A DNA stretch of 64,000 bases from the human T2T-CHM13v2.0 reference genome, Homo sapiens. The DNA lies in NCBI RefSeq assembly GCF_009914755.1, contig NC_060926.1; one strand, written 5' to 3'. Shown here one piece after another: positions 55,316 through 64,000 of this stretch (position 1 is the stretch's first letter; each line of letters begins with the position of its first letter). The translations under genes were made by a program, and so were the position numbers. The notes beneath the pieces were generated by a model that worked only from the letters and a program-made list of their open reading frames with translations, had not been told where the DNA came from and made no database searches.

Positions 55316-58043
55316 CATAAAGGGATTAAGAAAAAAAGTAAAAGGAATTCTGGGCAGTTGGCAGTGGCACAGTTTTTTAATAGCCCCAAAACTTGCCACA
55401 AACACAGATACAGTAACTTGGATCGCAAAACCTAAAACCTGCAAACAACATCAATAGCAAGTTTATGAGCCCTCAAATATACACATACAGGGAGATGTCA
55501 TGAGAGCAACAAGATTCACAGGTGGGAGGAGGCAGAGGGAGCTAAATAAAACAAAGCCAAAAGCCAAGTTACCAAAACATGCCCAGGAAGGAAGGAGTCC
55601 CACTTAGTGAGTGAAATCTTAGAGGGCCCATCTGAGGATAGCAGTCAAAATCAGAGAGGAACTTCATGGGCTCTATTTTGCAGGTGAAACCAAGGGAATT
55701 GTGGGAAGATTGGATGGTGCTGGAATGTTCTAGCCCCTTTGGGTCAGTGCTGAAAACCAACCTAGCACCCTTCCAGGATGAAGCCCTGCATAGGAGAGAC
55801 GCTGCTAGGACAAGACATAAAACAGGCCCTGTTTTATAACCACCACAAATAGTACCTTAATTAAAGAAACTTCAAATCTGAAAATTAATCCCCTGGTCTA
55901 TTTTCCATAACAATGATTTTCAGTAGCATTGTCCAATCTCACATTTCAGAGAGCTTGCAATGAGACGACCTGGCACCATTAAAATACTTTAATAATAAAA
56001 TACAGTAAACACAAAGACCCTCTCTCCCATGATCAAATTCCCAGGGAAAATTAAAGTGCAAAGATTAAAACCCCATGCAAATTAAGTCCAAAGCAGTTAG
56101 TGTCTGAAGTCAAATCCACTTGCCCTTGAGATTTAAACTTCAAAGAAATTAATGTTCAGAATTCATCATCTCTGTGTTTTACCCAATCTTAATTAGAGGG
56201 GTTCTTAAACCTTAAATAGGGTTGGGATTTTTTTAAAGCAGTTGCAGCTTGGACAGAAATTATATTAATTTACTATCTGTTATTTCAATATAATAGAAAT
56301 TTCTATATACTTATTTCTATATAATAGAAATTATATTAATCTACTAAGAAGCTCATTGAGCTTCTTAGGGGTCCAAAAAGTAAATAACACCCAAAATTAT
56401 TATAGTTTTGTCCCCACACCCATCAAATTTAGAAAAAGCTATTCCCCAGACTCTTGTGTAGTTATTCCAAGAAAAAGTATGTCCCCAGAGCCTGTTAATT
56501 GGTGTTGCCAAATACCAGGTCAAAGGCTGATGTCAGAGGTGTGAGGAAGAGAAATTCTGAGTTTTAGCTTTACCAAGGTAGTTGATCTGACATAAGGTTT
56601 CTGGAATCCATGATCTGTAAACATAAACTTAATTACAAGACGTTAAATTTGGCACTTTGAATTCTCCATTTCTAAGGGGGAAGCTTTTCCTTTTCATTTA
56701 GAAAAACCTGTGTCAGTCAGGATAGGCTGGGTTATGCTGTGATAACGCAGAACCTCAAATTCTTAGAGACTTGAAACAACAAATTAATTTTTCACTCATA
56801 CTGCACATTAATTGAGAAGTGACAGAGATCTGATCACACTACATTCATTTAAGGAACTAGAAGTTGGAGTTGCAACAGGTTTTTTTCATGATAACCCCAG
56901 CAGGGGCAAGGGAATGTGATAAGATGTTCCCTGGCTCTGAAAATTTCTGCCCATAAGTAGAACACATCTTTTCCACTTACGTCACTTCCATTCCCATTCC
57001 TTTGGCCAAACCACGTCATATGGTCTTCTAACTTCAAAGGGGATATGGAAGGGCAACCTTGCCTTTGAGCTTTAAGTTATTTCCCCTTCAGTGGTACATT
57101 TAGAGTGAGTTTTGTCCACTAATGCTGCTGTGAAATGTCTTGTGAGCTGACAATTTTAGTCCTTGGCCACAGGCTGCTGTGACTGCTTTCAACTATAGCA
57201 TAGCTTAAACCAATGTTCCCCAAACTAGTAGGATCAAAAGAATCTCCCGGATGCTTATTAAAAATTTTGATTCCTTGGCTTAGTGTGGTGCCTTGTGCCT
57301 ATAATTTTAGCCCTTTGGGAGGCTGAGGCAGGAGGATTGATTGAGGTCAAGACTTCAAGACCAGCCTGGACAACATAGTGAGACCTCTGTCTCTCCAGAA
57401 AATTTAAGAATTAGCTGGGCATGGTGGCACACACTACCATAGTAGTCCTAGCCACTTGAGAGGCTAAGGTGGGAGGAATACTTGGGTCTGGGTGTTTGAA
57501 GCTGCAGTCACATGTTTGGTGCCTTTGAATAGCCGCTGCACCCCAGCCTGAACATAGTGAGACCTCGTCTCTAAAAAAAAATAACAAATTTAAAAATATG
57601 TATTTTTTATTTTTGAGATGGAGTTTTGCTCTTGTCGCCCAGGTTGAAGTGCAGTGGTGTGATCTCAGCTCTCTGCAACCTCCGCCTTCTGAGTTCAAGT
57701 GATTCTCCTGCCTCAGCCTCCCAAGTAGCTGGGATTACAGGTGCATGCCACCAAGCCCAGCTGATTTTTGTATTTTTAGTAGAGATAGGGTTTCACTATG
57801 TTGGCTTCACTGGTCTCGAACTTCTGACCTCAGGTGATCCACTCACCTCGGCCTTCCAAAGTGCTGGGATTACAAGAGTGAGCCACTGTGTCTAGCCAAA
57901 AATACTTATTTCTGCGTCCTATTCCTGCAGAAATGATTCAGTAGATTTGGGGTAAGGCCCAAGTATCTGACTTCTGAAAATACCCTCTGTTAGGCCAAGG
58001 AAGTCTTCCTCCTGCCATGGCTTGGTTGTTGCTGTTGTTTTCA

Positions 58044-62830
<4,787 letters not shown>

Positions 62831-62944
62831 TTTGTTTATTTATTTACTTTTTGTTTTCCCAGACAGGGTCTTGCTTTGTCACCCAGGCTAGAGTGCAGTG
62901 GGCAATAACAGCTGACTGCAGCCTTGATCTCTTGGGCTCAAACT

Positions 62945-63788
<844 letters not shown>

Positions 63789-64000
63789 GGCCGGATGTGG
63801 TGGCTCACACCTGTAATCCCAGCACTTTGGGATACTGAGGCAGGCAGATCACCTGAGGTCAGTAGTTTGAGACCATCTGGCCAACATGCGGAAACCCTGT
63901 CTCTACTAAAAGTATAAAAATTAGTTGGGTGTGGTAGTGTGTGCCTGTAATCCCAGCTACTCAGGAGGGTGAGGCAGGGGAATCGCATGAACCTAGGAGG

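Overview
Primate (human-like) genomic DNA, very rich in Alu elements, centred on a CpG-island promoter at about 26.3-27.6 kb. The minus strand carries the first three coding exons of PSME4 (proteasome activator PA200): 27000-26759, 5504-5364 and 4758-4642. All have canonical GT-AG boundaries and splice into one open frame. The right half is interpreted, from recalled locus knowledge, as the head-to-head long ACYP2 transcription unit on the plus strand. Its candidate first coding exon (ATG 29965 to donor after 30026) lies inside a solo HERV-H LTR7B-type LTR with a perfect 5-bp TSD. The rest is a layered record of transposons (about 90 Alu copies or fragments by eye, L1, L2, MIR, hAT and Tigger DNA transposons, several solo LTRs), plus two tiny retrocopies (5S rRNA and the RPL11 3' end). 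The best leads are: (1) the LTR-derived exon, which has an internal poly(A) signal and a downstream (UG)14 tract; (2) a candidate poison or recursive exon in mid PSME4 intron 1; (3) a four-half-site p53-like array in an intronic LTR10C; (4) an ARE plus ETS/GC-box promoter and a G-quadruplex next to the PSME4 AUG. I found no prokaryote-type system (CRISPR, operon) and no clearly new protein-coding gene. Repeat subfamily names are by recognition of consensus motifs, not by a database search.
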